Of a DNA stretch of 64,000 bases, positions 52,977 through 64,000 are shown one piece after another. Both the position numbers and the translations under genes were made by a program. The notes under the pieces are model-generated. The model ran no database searches. It saw nothing but the letters and a program-made list of their open reading frames with translations, and was not told where the DNA came from. The DNA comes from Podarcis erhardii. Taxonomy: Eukaryota. How positions within the stretch are numbered: the stretch's first letter is position 1; the number at the start of each line of letters is the position of its first letter. The stretch is from assembly GCA_964252035.1 (NCBI GenBank), contig OZ176203.1. One strand, 5' to 3'.

Positions 52977-53134
52977 GGGCGTACTCTCTAGTAATTGGGT
53001 ATAGGACTGCAGCCTAAGGCTACAATGCTATGCTCAGTTGCCTGGTCTCAATGGAACATACTTCTCATTGGTAATGCTTCAAATGGTGTTTTAAATGACA
53101 CAACATCATTAAACTATGGAATGAAGTCTTCTGT

Positions 53135-53330
53135 ATATCAGTGGCTACTAGCCATGATGGCTATGCTCTGCCTCCACAGTTGGAGGCCAAAGCCACAGAA
53201 GGAGAGAGTGCTCTTGTTCTCAAATCCTGCTTGCAGGTTTCCCCCAGACATCTGGTTGACCACTGTGAGAGTAGGATGCTGGACTAAATGCGCCACTGGC
53301 CTAATCCAGCTGGCCCCTCTTATGTCCTTA
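53135..53330 (+). mobile_element. CR1 3' fragment
   Basis: gtggctactagccatgatggctatgctctgcctccacagttggaggc...ccactgtgagagtaggatgctggacta. Confidence 0.75.
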
Positions 53331-53344
53331 TTCAGTTGCTGCTG

Positions 53345-53839
53345 TTGTTGTTAATTGAATTTATATACCGCCCTATACCCAGAGGTCTCAGAGCAGTTCA
53401 CAGAATAAAATCAAAATATAAAACCACAAAATAAATAATCAAAATAAAAGGCACAACTCAATATCCCCTCTAAAAAAAACCACATTTTAAAAGGGCACAT
53501 TATAATATGCTGTCTGAATGTCAGCATACCTTGCTGCATGTCAGTAAAATATGTGGTTGATCAGAAAACACAAATATATATATTTACCAGGAAATACTAT
53601 TAATAATAATATTATAATAATAATTTATTATTTAAAGCCCGCCCATCTGGTGGGGTTTCCCCAGCCACTCTGGGCGGCTCCCAACAGAATATTAAAAACA
53701 CGATAAAACATCAAACATTTAAAACTTCCCTAAACAGATGTCTTCTAAAAGTCAGATAGTTGTTTATTTCCTTGGTATCTGATGGGAGGGTGTTTCACTG
53801 GGCAGGCACCACTACCGAGAAGGCCCTCTGCCTGGTTCT
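53345..53839 (-). mobile_element. Two adjacent L2 3' ends (53345-53480 and 53599-53839)
   Basis: Each has a simple-repeat tail followed by tataccgccc / gcccgcccatctgg. The second extends to gagaaggccctctgcctggttc. Confidence 0.8.
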
Positions 53840-54583
53840 ACTTACTAATACTTAGCTTACTACTTCAATTTCATATTGAGGTCTTTATACTTCCTCCTGA
53901 CTTTATGGAAGTTAGGCTCCTTATAAAAAATAAAATAAACAAATAGTACTTTGACACTAATGGAATTCTGCCTACAACGACACAAATGGTGTTACATGAA
54001 CCACATGAAAAATTAATTTAGGTAATGCAGATTACTTCTCTGTACAATAGAATCTTATCTAACCATCAGTAGCATTGTTTTTAAATTAAACATTATGGAA
54101 ACACTTGCAATAAAGCCACAGAATAGCCATGCCTTGCTCTGTTTGATATGTAAAAGTTTATTTCTTGTAATTAACCCTTTACAATGATCTTATTGAGCTT
54201 CTGCCTGCCTGTAATACCGCATCTATTTTAAATTGTGCTAAAAGCAAGCTTTTGTAGTGTGTTTATTTGTTCACCTGTATATGTTTTACTGATTTCAATA
54301 ATGGTGCATAATGGATGAGAAACAAAAGTCTAAGTGCCCTGGGGGCAGGGGGCAGCAGTCATACACAGGCCAAAGCTGGCTCCATTGAAATCAGTTGAAA
54401 TTAATTGCTTAACAGTACATTCAATTCCCACAGATTTCTCAGATGTAGCCAAGTAACCGTAACTTTGTATATGTACAAAATGTGGATGCAAAGCTGTGAA
54501 ATCATGAAATTGAAGATGACTGAAGCATGAAAGATGAACGACGTACTGAAACTGTATGCAGTGATAAACATGCTAGCGTTGTA

Positions 54584-54809
54584 CAGTGGTACCTCGGGTT
54601 AAGTACTTAATTCCTTCCGGAGGTCCGTACTTAACCTGAAACTGTTCTTAACCTGAAGCACTACTTTAGCTAATGGGGCCTCCTGCTGCTGCCGCACCAC
54701 CGGAGCATGATTTCTGTTCTCACCCTGAAGCAAAGTTCTTAACCTGAAGGACTATTTCTGGGTTAGCGGAGTCTGTAACCTGAAGCATATGTAACCCGAG
54801 GTACCACTG
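54584..54809 (+). mobile_element. Tc1/Mariner-type MITE
   Basis: TA|CAGTGGTACCTCGGGTT...AACCCGAGGTACCACTG|TA. Confidence 0.95.
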
Positions 54810-54858
54810 TATTTGACTATATCATAGTCTGACGCACTGAAAGCCATTTGGTCATGAA

Positions 54859-55240
54859 CATGGGTCGGCAAACTAAGGTCCGTGGGCCGGATCAGGCCCA
54901 ATTTCCTTCTGGATCCAGCCCATGAACAGTCTGCGAATCGCCGCATGGATCGCCAGTGCGCAGGTTCTTTCCCTCTCCCTCTCACACGGCTTTGTTGGTG
55001 CCAGCAGCAGCTGCGCTCGAGTGGCCTCCATTTTAAGCAGCCCCCCTCCAGAGCCCTTTTGCACAACGCTCATTGTCTCGCCTCCGCCGCCAGCCCCTGC
55101 CGCTCACAAGACACAGGTAAGCACCCACCGGGGCTCGGGGTGCTCTTGCATTATTATTATTATTTTCAAAATATAGTCCAGCCCCCCACAAGGTCTGAGG
55201 GACAGTAGACCGGCCTGCTGAAAAAGTTTGCTGACCCCTG
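54859..55240. mobile_element. Non-autonomous hAT transposon
   Basis: TIRs catgggtcggcaaact / agtttgctgacccctg and an 8-bp TSD GTCATGAA / ATCATGAA (7 of 8 identical). Confidence 0.88.
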
Positions 55241-56001
55241 ATCATGAATAAGGGTGCTTCCTGATGAATCTTTATAATGGGATTACTGTTCCCACTTTTT
55301 TGGCAGTGCCCACAAAATGTCATGATCATTTAAAACGGTATTGCGTGGTTCCAACCCCTTTTATCTGAGTTTTCCCTTTCCAGGGAAAACTCTAATAACT
55401 TTAAAAAGCCCTGTTGCCAGCAACTCATTTGAAGTATCTCAAGGGCCTGTTTTCGGTATTAAGCCTCGATCTGCAAGCAGTCCATTGATTTCAGTGAGCC
55501 TACTCAGAGTGCGACTGAGATAGAAACCTTACTATTTAAAGCTCTAGACATGTCCTCATTATTGTTGTCACAAAGCAGACTAACATGGAACTAGGGATGC
55601 GGAAGAAAATCGATGCCTCTTGCCTTTACAGGTGAACCTCCCTAATTTGCTCTTTCTGGAACAATATGAGAAAAGAAACATCCTTTCAAAATTCACACAT
55701 TTCCAGTTTTCACATCCAGCCAAGTAATCTGTACAAAAATGCCTGTAAGGTGTGAATGAAAAAGCGTGTATTAGTGAAAATAGCATGCAAATGGATTAAA
55801 TTAAGCAGATTGCTTTGTAATAATGTATATGCTAGACAAAACTGCAGACAAACATGTTGCTGATGAATTTTCATACTTTTTAAACATACACACAAACACA
55901 CAAAATGATGTGGGTATGTAGAGAACTGAACTTGAGATTGGAAAAATGAGAAACTGAGACAAACCAAAATTGGCTGATTTGCCCATCTCTACATGGAACA
56001 T

Positions 56002-56277
56002 GGATGTGGGTGGCGCTGTGGGTTAAACCACAGAGCCTAGGACTTGCCGATCAGAAGGCCAGCGGTTCGAATCCCCGCGACGGGGTGAGCTCCCATTGCT
56101 CGGTCCCTGCTCCTGTCAACCTAGCAGTTCGAAAGCATGTCAAAGTACAAGTAGATAAATAGGTACCGCTCTGGCAGGAAGGTAATAGTGTTTTTTAGTG
56201 TATTTTTGGTTTTTATGGAAGCCGCCCAGAGTGGCTGGGGAAACCCAGCCAGATGGGCGGGGTACAAATAATAAATA

Positions 56278-56329
<52 letters not shown>

Positions 56330-56457
56330 TGTGTGCTGCTCTGGTTTGCCAGAAGCAGCTTAGTCATGCTGGCCACATGACCTGGAAGCTGTACACCGGC
56401 TCCCTCGGCCAATAAAGCGGTCACGACTGGATCTAATGGTCCCTTTACCTTTACCTT
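56002..56457 (+). mobile_element. Sauria SINE, subfamily B, interrupted by an L2 end
   Basis: 12-bp TSD TACATGGAACAT (55990-56001 / 56458-56469). Confidence 0.95.
56186..56328 (+). mobile_element. L2 extreme 3' end with a long (TAT)n tail, nested in the SINE
   Basis: ggaagccgcccagagtggctggggaaacccagccagatgggcggggtacaaataataa is the reverse complement of the L2 ends at 53620 and 59380. Confidence 0.9.
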
Positions 56458-56675
56458 TACATGGAACATAGGAAGGAATACAGTGTTGTGTTCTTCCGGT
56501 TGTTCTGTCAGTTTAGCTTGTTTGATGGAACAACCTCCCCTCTCCTCCAGCATGCTGTTCTAGGATTCTCCAGACCCCCCTCCCAGGGCTTATTGGGGCA
56601 AGGAGGAGCATGGCACTAGCAAGACTCATTACGCTGGGTCCTGCTAGCATACTCATTTAGTTGAATCTGGTCCAT

Positions 56676-56976
56676 AGGCAGAAAATCAGAGAACTGGTCT
56701 GCCTAGGTCAGTGTACTCTGACTGGTAATGTTTCTCCAGGAACCTTTTCCAGCTCTACCTGGAGATGCCAGGGATTGAACCTGAGTCTTTCTGCATGCAA
56801 GTCAGATGTTTTCCCATTGAGCTACAGTCTATCCCAATGGCTAATCCTCTGGAATCAAATGTTGGTATTATTGTTGCTTAGTTCAGGATAGCTACTTACA
56901 GCCCAGGTTTCAGACAGGCATTTCCCTCAGCTCTAGTTAGAGATGCCAGGGATTGGACCTGGGGACTTCTGCATGT
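56676..56976 (-). mobile_element. Two tRNA-derived SINE copies (Squam2-like): 56676-56835 and 56900-56976
   Basis: cctggagatgccagggattgaacctg...ctgcatgca...ttgagctac is the reverse-complement tRNA-like head. Confidence 0.8.
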
Positions 56977-57011
56977 ACCCTCAGCATGGGCTCTTCTGTA
57001 CAGATTGATTT

Positions 57012-57150
57012 AGACTGACCTTTCCCAACTGGTGGCTTCTAGATGTTGCTGGACTAAAACTCTCATCATCCCTGACCATTAACTATGCCAGTTGGGGCTG
57101 ATTTGAGTTGTAGCCCAAAACATCTGGGAGACACCAGGTAGAAGAAAGCT
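57012..57150. mobile_element. Degenerate palindromic MITE
   Basis: ctagatgttgctggacta...catcatccctgacc...gttgtagcccaaaacatctgg. Confidence 0.6.
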
Positions 57151-57509
57151 ATTTTAGATCAAGAATTTGGAATAGAGGAAAGTGTTAAATCTTCCCAGCC
57201 TGAGCATTGCTACTCCAAGCCAATTTGCACTCACAATGTCTGCTTTTCATTAAAAAAAAGTGTTGGAAGAACCAATGTGACATGTAGTTTGGCCTTGAAG
57301 GTTAGGAAGCTGTGACATCATTAAGAGATGCAGCAGAGAGTTTCCACTGTGGGTGGGAATTTAAAGTTACTTCATTTATTTATTATAGCACACTAGGCAT
57401 TATCTCTAAAGTAACTAGTGTGATCTTGCACATGGTCAAGTAATTACTGATTTAGCAGACAGTGGTGGTGGTTTGAAGTCTTACAAATAAGAAGGGCCAT
57501 ACATACAAA

Positions 57510-57690
57510 GGGGAATGGCTTTAGCTCAGTAGTAGAGGAGTAGCTTTGCATTCAGAAGGTCCCAGGTTTAATGTTCAGGTAGGGCTGGGAATGTCCCTCT
57601 GTATGAAATCTTAGACAGCCGGTCTGTATGACCATGGACAATACTGAGCTAGATGGCCCCCTTTGATCAATGGATAGCAATATGACAGCT
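57510..57690 (+). mobile_element. tRNA-derived SINE (Squam2-like), degenerate
   Basis: tagctcagtagtagag (A box), gaaggtcccaggttt, gtagggctggga...gacaatactgagctagatgg. Confidence 0.75.
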
Positions 57691-58978
57691 CTTGCAATGT
57701 ATGAACAGATTGCTTTCAGACAAAGATTATGTATGGAGAAATATAATGATATTTCAAACATATTTATTGAAACCACAGTGATTCGTGAACTGATGTATAC
57801 TTGAGGGAAATAATAAGCTCATCTACTTGCATACATATATACTACATAGTTTTGTAACCTTAATTACATTTTATTGTCATTTCGAGATTGTTTTCTTCTG
57901 CTTCCTTTTGTTTTTATGGATTTTTTCTTCTTTCCCCCCTTTTCTTTTCTCTTCACTTTAATTCACTGTAAAACTTTTAATAATAGATGCACCAGTGGTC
58001 TGATTCAGTATAAGGCAATTTCTTATGTCCCCAAGAAGCTGTGTGCAACTCATCTGATGTCTACCCCATAAATGGTTACTTAGTTAGCAAATTACTTAAC
58101 AAAACCAGCAGAGATTTTGTGCACACATTAGACATCAAAACATATTCTGAGAGGCAGAGAGATGTGCCATCTCTTGCTACTGCTTCCACTTTTATATGTC
58201 CTCAGAGATGATCGGGTAACTTATTATCCAACAGTTTCCCCAGCTTACTGTAATCACTTCTGTCTGTTTGAAATTATTAACATGCATGAACATGAACGGT
58301 AAGAACAGAAGGTTTTTACACATTTTCCTCCAAATTTACTGAAGACACTTTAGCACCAATTAAATTGGAAGCCCTTCAGTATTTAGATTAACAACAGGCA
58401 ACACACAGTTCAGTTTAACCTAGGAGGTTATCCTTATTGTTTTCCAAAAGGCAATTGATCCAGTTTCCGATAGTGAAATCTAACACAATTCCCCACCTGC
58501 TTCACAAAAACCTCCTTCACAATACAGCATCATGCCGGAAAGGCATGAGTGGAAATGATGGCGGCCTGCAGCCTGAGGACATCCCTCTCTTGTTTACCAT
58601 AGAGGGATTAGCTCAGTGTTTAGAATTTAAAGGAGGGAAATGATAAAACTAGCAAAAGGTAAACTAACTCACCCCATCCCACTTCTGTGACATATTTCAT
58701 TGGATTCAATCACAGACTAACTGATTTAGAAAAGTGGCAAGCTGAATTTAAGATTGTAAAAATGAGATATCGAGAACTGATATGGGCAGTTTTGTCCACT
58801 CCTGTTGGTAAACACACATTTTACATGGCAATATTATGCCGATGCAAACCAGCCTTAAAACATTTCATTGACCATAAGAGAGAACCAATCACATAGCCCT
58901 CTTAAGTGCCGCCTTATAATTTATCAACTAATCATGTAGGGTTCTATTCTTGCTTAAGAAACCACTGTCTGGTAAGTA

Positions 58979-59220
58979 CAGTGGTACCTCAAGTTACATG
59001 CGCTTAAGGTTACATACACTTAAGGTTACATACTCTGCTAACCCAGAAATAGTGCTTCAGGTTAAGAACTTTGCTTCAGGATGAGAATAGAAATCGTGCT
59101 CCAGCGGCACGGCAGCAGCAGGAGGCCCCTTTAGCTAAAGTGGTGCTTCAGGTTAAGAACCATTTCAGGTTAAGAACGGACCTCCGGAATGAATTAAGTA
59201 CTTAACCCGAGGTACCACTG
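58979..59220 (-). mobile_element. Tc1/Mariner-type MITE (reverse orientation relative to 54584)
   Basis: TA-flanked CAGTGGTACCTC TIRs. Confidence 0.95.
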
Positions 59221-59354
59221 TATGTCAAGCAGTTTTAAAAATAATGTTCTTGAGATCTTCTACATTACAGATCATTACTAGTAAGACAGCATGTGGGTTT
59301 ATCTAGCCAGCATGCCCACACTGAAAAATTCAAGTTGTACTTTATGCAGCGACT

Positions 59355-59509
59355 AATAATAATAATAATAATAATAATAATTTATTATTTCTACCCTGCC
59401 CATTTGGCTGGGTTTCCTCAGCCACTCTGGGCAGTTTCCAGCAGAAGATTAAAAATACATTAAAACATTAGTCATTAAAAACTTCCCTAAACAGGGCTGC
59501 CTTCAGATT

Positions 59510-59555
<46 letters not shown>
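59355..59555 (-). mobile_element. L2 3' end followed by a (TTTC)n microsatellite (59509-59555)
   Basis: (TAA)n tail, then ccctgcccatttggctgggtttcctcagccactctgggc...aaacagggctgccttcaga. Confidence 0.85.
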
Positions 59556-59556
<1 letters not shown>

Positions 59557-60909
59557 AGAATGTAGGCTTGCCATATGTCAGGAAAATTCCTGACACCTCC
59601 TTGTTTTCAGGTGTAAAAATGGTATCAGGGGGAATTTTGCCGATGTATGGCAATGCGATAGAAAAAGCAGTGGAAACAGTTTTGGGGGGAATTTCACTTT
59701 TCAAAATATGGTTTGTGAATTTATCCTTAGCCTGAAGGTACAACTGGCCACTGGAACTAAATGAGGTATCTGGTTGAGCCACATTGATAGATTTAGTTCC
59801 TGTTAAAAGAGGCCCCTTCCAACTACTGCAGACAGAGAGACTGCAAATCTCTAGAGATTAGAATTGCCCTTGTAGTAATTTCACTCATATATAGCAGTGA
59901 TGATTTTTATATAGCTTTATTTGATATCCCTAGTACAAAAAAGAATGTTGCAGCAAAGATGTTACTCACATGTTAACAGATATCATTTTGAAGTGGTAAT
60001 TACCCCCTATAATTGATTCAAGGAGAAATCACCACCACACTATGGATTCAGGTATCTAGAATAGGCTTACCCAGAGTTATCACCCAAACCTTATAAGGAT
60101 ATTATTCTTGAGAGACACCAGATCAAGGCATTGGGGCACAATCCTTATCCCTATCCATTAATATCACTTTTTTCTTTCTTTCTTTTTTTAGTTTGGCTGT
60201 ACTAGCTCAGGTTGCGATAGATGATACTTTCCACCTGTTCACTTTGACAGCTAACCAAAAATGTTCTGCTACTAACAACAATGCTAACTATTTGTCTCAG
60301 CTAACTGACCTTTCCTCTAGCTAGGAAACAGTCATCTCTTTGTTTCAAACATATGAGCCTTGCAATCCAGGGTGGCTGGGGCAACACAGTTAGATGCGTG
60401 GCATATAAATAATAAAATTATTATTAACAATATTATTATCATTCTGGCTGACTTATACTAAAACAACTTTCTAAGGTCTAACATAAGCAATTGATACAGA
60501 AATGTATAGTCAAAAACTATTATTGATTATGCATGTTTACAGCACCAACACCATCAAGCAGGAAGAGACCTCAATATTCTTCCCTTCCTTGTGCATCTTC
60601 TCAACTTCCTTATTTATATACAAAATTAAATGATGATGATGATGATACAGGTTCCAGTACTTGACATTTTTGTGAAGCTGCTGGGGGCTCAGGACCACCA
60701 GCAGGCTCCACAGTTGGCAGTGTCCTTGACCAGTCTTTAGCTAGTATTCCAATACAAAGATATTGTTTTAATTTCCCATAATTCCCTGAGTGACACACCA
60801 TTAGGAGTGCTATGAGGACTCAGAACGTCAGCCCCTTCAGAACCCTGCCACTGCCCACTGCTATCACAGCCAACAGGTGACCCTATGGGTCCAGGGTAAC
60901 GCATTGATG

Positions 60910-61684
60910 GTGGTGGGTGGCACTGTGGTCTAAACCACTGAGCCTCTTGGGCTTGCCGATCGGAAGGTTGGCAGTTCAAATCCCCGTAACGGAGTGAGCT
61001 CCTGTTACTCCTGTGCAAGTAGATAAATAGGTACCACTACAGTGGGAAGGTAAACGGTGTTTCAGTGCACTCTGGTTTCCGTCACGGTGTTTCATTGCAC
61101 CAGAAGTGGTTTAGTCAAGCTGGCCACATGACCCAGAAAGCTGTCTGTGGACAAACACTGGCTCCCTTGTGTCATGGTCTGGGTTATAGGCAGTTTGAGT
61201 CCCAGCTTGGTACATCGGGGCCAGGGTAGAAGTCAGGAAGTAGGAAACAGCAGTCCAGGGGCAGCAGTCCACGGTCAGTAGTCCAGGGATCAGGAAGTCA
61301 AGAGTCCATGAATCAGAAAACCAGGAGTCCGGAAGCCAAGAGTCCAAGGGTCAGGAAACCAGGAGTCCGGAAGCCGAAGCAAAGCTAGGTGGGTAGCGTG
61401 TTGCTGTGGCAAAGAGCCAGAGGGAAATGCTGGCCTTATATACCCCTCACGGCCCTTGCCACCAGGTGCTATGAGTCTTCTGTCAAGCCCCACCTGTGCG
61501 GCCGCACCTTGCCCTTCCAGGCCAAACTCAGGAAGGCCCCAGTCCTGCAAGGCACTACCAGTCACAGGGCCTGGCTCCTGTACGCACTGCTTACATCTTG
61601 GCCTGAAAGCGAGATAAGCGCCGTAACCCCATTGTCACCTTTGACTGGACTTAACCATCCAGGTATCCTCTACCTTTTACCTTT
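60910..61684 (+). mobile_element. Sauria SINE, subfamily C, split by a solo LTR
   Basis: Head gtggcactgtggtctaaaccactgagcctc. The SINE resumes at gcctgaaagcgagat after the LTR and ends in an ACCTTT tail. Short TSD ATTGATG. Confidence 0.88.
61170..61595 (-). mobile_element. Solo LTR (426 bp) nested in a Sauria SINE
   Basis: TGTCA...TTACA termini, TSD CCTTG / TCTTG, TATATAAGG on the minus strand and internal tandem gagtcc repeats. Confidence 0.88.
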
Positions 61685-61693
61685 ATTGATGTA

Positions 61694-64000
61694 GGGGGGG
61701 GACCACTAAAAGTACTGTGCTGAATACCCCCTAAATTTTAGGGGTTAAGGTTAAAGCTCATTTCAGGGTTTAGGACTTAAAACAGGGGTTGGCGGATTAC
61801 AAAATATTTGCAGATATTTTGGCAAGTAGATTTAAAAGAGTTCTTAATGAAGTAATTCATAAAGACCAGGCAGGCTTTCTCCCAGGCAGACATATGTTTG
61901 CAAATACTAGGAACATTATTGACGTTTTGGAACTTTTGCAAACAGATATAAATACAAAAGCAGTGTTAATTTTCATAGACGCGGAGAAGGCCTTTGACAA
62001 TATTTCTTGGAAATTTATGAAGGGAAATTTGAATGAAATGGGAGTGGGACGGGGGTTTGAGAATGGGATTGACGCAATATATTCAGAACAAAAGGCTAAA
62101 CTAATAGTTAACAATGTGGTCACAGAAGAGTTCAAAATTGAAAAAGGAACACGACAAGGCTGCCCGATTTCCCCTTTGTTATTTATTTCGGTTCTGGAGG
62201 TGCTCTTGAACTTGATCAGAGGGGACCGGTTGGTGGAAGGGATTCAGGTCGGAGCGAAACAATACAAATTGAAAGCTTTTGCAGATGACCTAGTTTTGAC
62301 TCTGCAGGAGCCAGAATCTAGTACGAAAAGAGTATTACAACTGATACAGGATTTTGGTCGGGTGGCAGGATTTAAATTAAATAAACAGAAAACTAAAGTG
62401 TTGGGAAAAAATTTGACAGATACAGAGTCGGAAAGGTTTCAGAGAGAAACAGAACTAACTATGGTTAAAAAAGTAAAATACCTAGGGGTAAACATAACAG
62501 CAAAAAACCTGAGTCTATTTAAGGATAATTATGAAAAATGTTGGTCTGAAATTAAGAGAGACTTGGACAGTTGGACAAAATTGAAGCTTTCTTTGTTAGG
62601 CCGAATTGCTGCTATCAAGATGAATGTATTGCCAAAAATGTTGTTTTTGTTTCAAACATTACAGATCGTGGACAAAACGGAGTGCTTCCGGAAGTGGCAG
62701 AAAGATATATCCAGATTTGTCTGGCAGGGCAAAAAGCCCAGAATTAAGTTTAAGATATTAACAGATGCGAAAGAAAGAGGGGGCTTTGCCCTGCCAGACT
62801 TAAAGTTGTATTATGAAGCCGCAGCTTTTTGCTGGCTAAAAGACTGGCTACTTCTCGAAGACACTGACGTGTTGGACTTGGAAGGTTTTAACAATGCTTT
62901 TGGTTGGCATGCATACCTATGGTATGACAAAGTTAAGATCAATAAGGCCTTTAAGAACCATATTGTCAGGAAAGCAGTGTTTAATGTCTGGACAAAATAC
63001 AAAGACTTACTGGAAAATAAAACTCCAAGGTGGCTCTCACCTCTGGAGGCTAAGGCCCTAAAAAGACCCAATATGGAGGCTAAATGGCCAAAATATTGGG
63101 AAATATTAGAAAAAGATGGAGACAATTGGAAATTGCAGAGTTTAGAGAAAATGAAGGATAAGGTGCGAGACTGGTTACATTATGCTCAGATTAAAGAAGT
63201 TTTTAAAAATGATAAAAAGTTAGGGTTCCAGGTGGAGAAATCGAAGTTAGAAACTGAATTGTTAGAACCAAAGACTAAGGTATTATCTAGAATGTATAAC
63301 TTGCTGTTAAAATGGAATACACAAGACGAAATGGTCAAATCGGTTATGATAAAATGGGCACAGGACATTGGGCATAACATTATGTTTGAGGACTGGGAAA
63401 GGTTGTGGACCACTGGGCTGAACTTCACCGCATGTAATGCTCTGAAGGAAAATGTAATGAAAATGATATATAGATGGTACATGACCCCAGTTAAACTTGC
63501 CAAAATATACCATTCGTCTGATAATAAATGTTGGAAATGTAAAGAAAACGAAGGAACATTCTTTCACCTCTGGTGGACATGCCCTAAGGTGAAGGTCTTC
63601 TGGGAAATGATATATAATGAGCTGAAAAAGGTATTTAAGTATACCTTCACTAAGAAACCAGAGGCCTTCCTTCTGGGTATTGTCGGCCAGAAGGTGTTAA
63701 AGAAGGACCGAACATTCTTTATGTATGCAACAACGGCAGCAAGGATACTCATCGCAAAAAACTGGAAAACTCAAGATCTACCCACACTGGAAGAGTGGCA
63801 GATGCAACTGATGGACTATATGCAACTGGCCGAGATGACAGGCAGAATCCGTAACCTGGGAGAAGAGAAGATGGAGGAAGACTGGGAGAAATTCAAGAAG
63901 TATCTACAAAAACATTGTAATTTGGTTGAATGCTAAGAAGGATGCTAGATTATAAAAAACTGGCCACCACTAAATTAGATTTGAAATTTGATGATAAGTG
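61694..64000 (+). mobile_element. 5'-truncated young L1-clade LINE; the 3' UTR runs off the window
   Basis: Contains an uninterrupted ORF2 from the RT domain to the stop codon. Confidence 0.95.
61789..63936 (+). CDS. L1 ORF2 remnant: reverse transcriptase to C-terminal Cys-rich domain, endonuclease absent
   Basis: DQAGFLPGR, FIDAEKAFD, GTRQGCPISPLLF, AFADDL, KYLGV and CWKC...GTFFHLWWTC motifs. 715 codons with no stop or frameshift. Confidence 0.95.
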   Translation: MADYKIFADILASRFKRVLNEVIHKDQAGFLPGRHMFANTRNIIDVLELLQTDINTKAVLIFIDAEKAFDNISWKFMKGNLNEMGVGRGFENGIDAIYSEQKAKLIVNNVVTEEFKIEKGTRQGCPISPLLFISVLEVLLNLIRGDRLVEGIQVGAKQYKLKAFADDLVLTLQEPESSTKRVLQLIQDFGRVAGFKLNKQKTKVLGKNLTDTESERFQRETELTMVKKVKYLGVNITAKNLSLFKDNYEKCWSEIKRDLDSWTKLKLSLLGRIAAIKMNVLPKMLFLFQTLQIVDKTECFRKWQKDISRFVWQGKKPRIKFKILTDAKERGGFALPDLKLYYEAAAFCWLKDWLLLEDTDVLDLEGFNNAFGWHAYLWYDKVKINKAFKNHIVRKAVFNVWTKYKDLLENKTPRWLSPLEAKALKRPNMEAKWPKYWEILEKDGDNWKLQSLEKMKDKVRDWLHYAQIKEVFKNDKKLGFQVEKSKLETELLEPKTKVLSRMYNLLLKWNTQDEMVKSVMIKWAQDIGHNIMFEDWERLWTTGLNFTACNALKENVMKMIYRWYMTPVKLAKIYHSSDNKCWKCKENEGTFFHLWWTCPKVKVFWEMIYNELKKVFKYTFTKKPEAFLLGIVGQKVLKKDRTFFMYATTAARILIAKNWKTQDLPTLEEWQMQLMDYMQLAEMTGRIRNLGEEKMEEDWEKFKKYLQKHCNLVEC

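Noticed and set aside
12891-57690. tRNA-like A/B boxes
   Set aside because: They are SINE heads with no cloverleaf or acceptor stem, so they are not tRNA genes.
3241-61018. Recurring ORFs with ARLAGAGTE / VKVKVKGP / CFRTARL peptides
   Set aside because: These are translations of Sauria SINE copies, not genes.
61736-61775. Telomere-like TTAGGG variants
   Set aside because: Only one perfect unit, which is too degenerate to call an interstitial telomeric array.
1-64000. CRISPR arrays, operons, viral or mitochondrial inserts, miRNA seeds
   Set aside because: None seen. The sequence is vertebrate nuclear DNA, and its repeats are TEs and microsatellites rather than repeat-spacer arrays.

Overview
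This is eukaryotic, repeat-rich, non-coding DNA from a squamate reptile. The Sauria-SINE subfamilies with (ACCTTT)n tails, (TAA)n-tailed L2 ends and TA-flanked Mariner MITEs point to a lacertid lizard. I recognise no host protein-coding gene, rRNA, true tRNA, CRISPR array or CpG island. The window looks like a large intron or intergenic tract, with only a few low-confidence candidate exons. It is dominated by transposable elements: six Sauria SINEs (most with clear TSDs), tRNA-derived SINEs, L2, CR1, BovB and RTE fragments, several solo LTRs, hAT and Mariner MITEs and microsatellites. There is one 141-N gap. The only long ORF is a 715-aa uninterrupted, 5'-truncated L1 ORF2 at 61789-63936. The most unusual item is a 1.1-kb TSD-flanked, poly(A)-tailed element with no RT, nested in an L1 3' UTR (1007-2125); it is a candidate non-autonomous L1-mobilised family. 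Several nested insertions give a relative chronology. I cannot support a new biological system beyond these TE observations. All family names are from memory, not from database searches.
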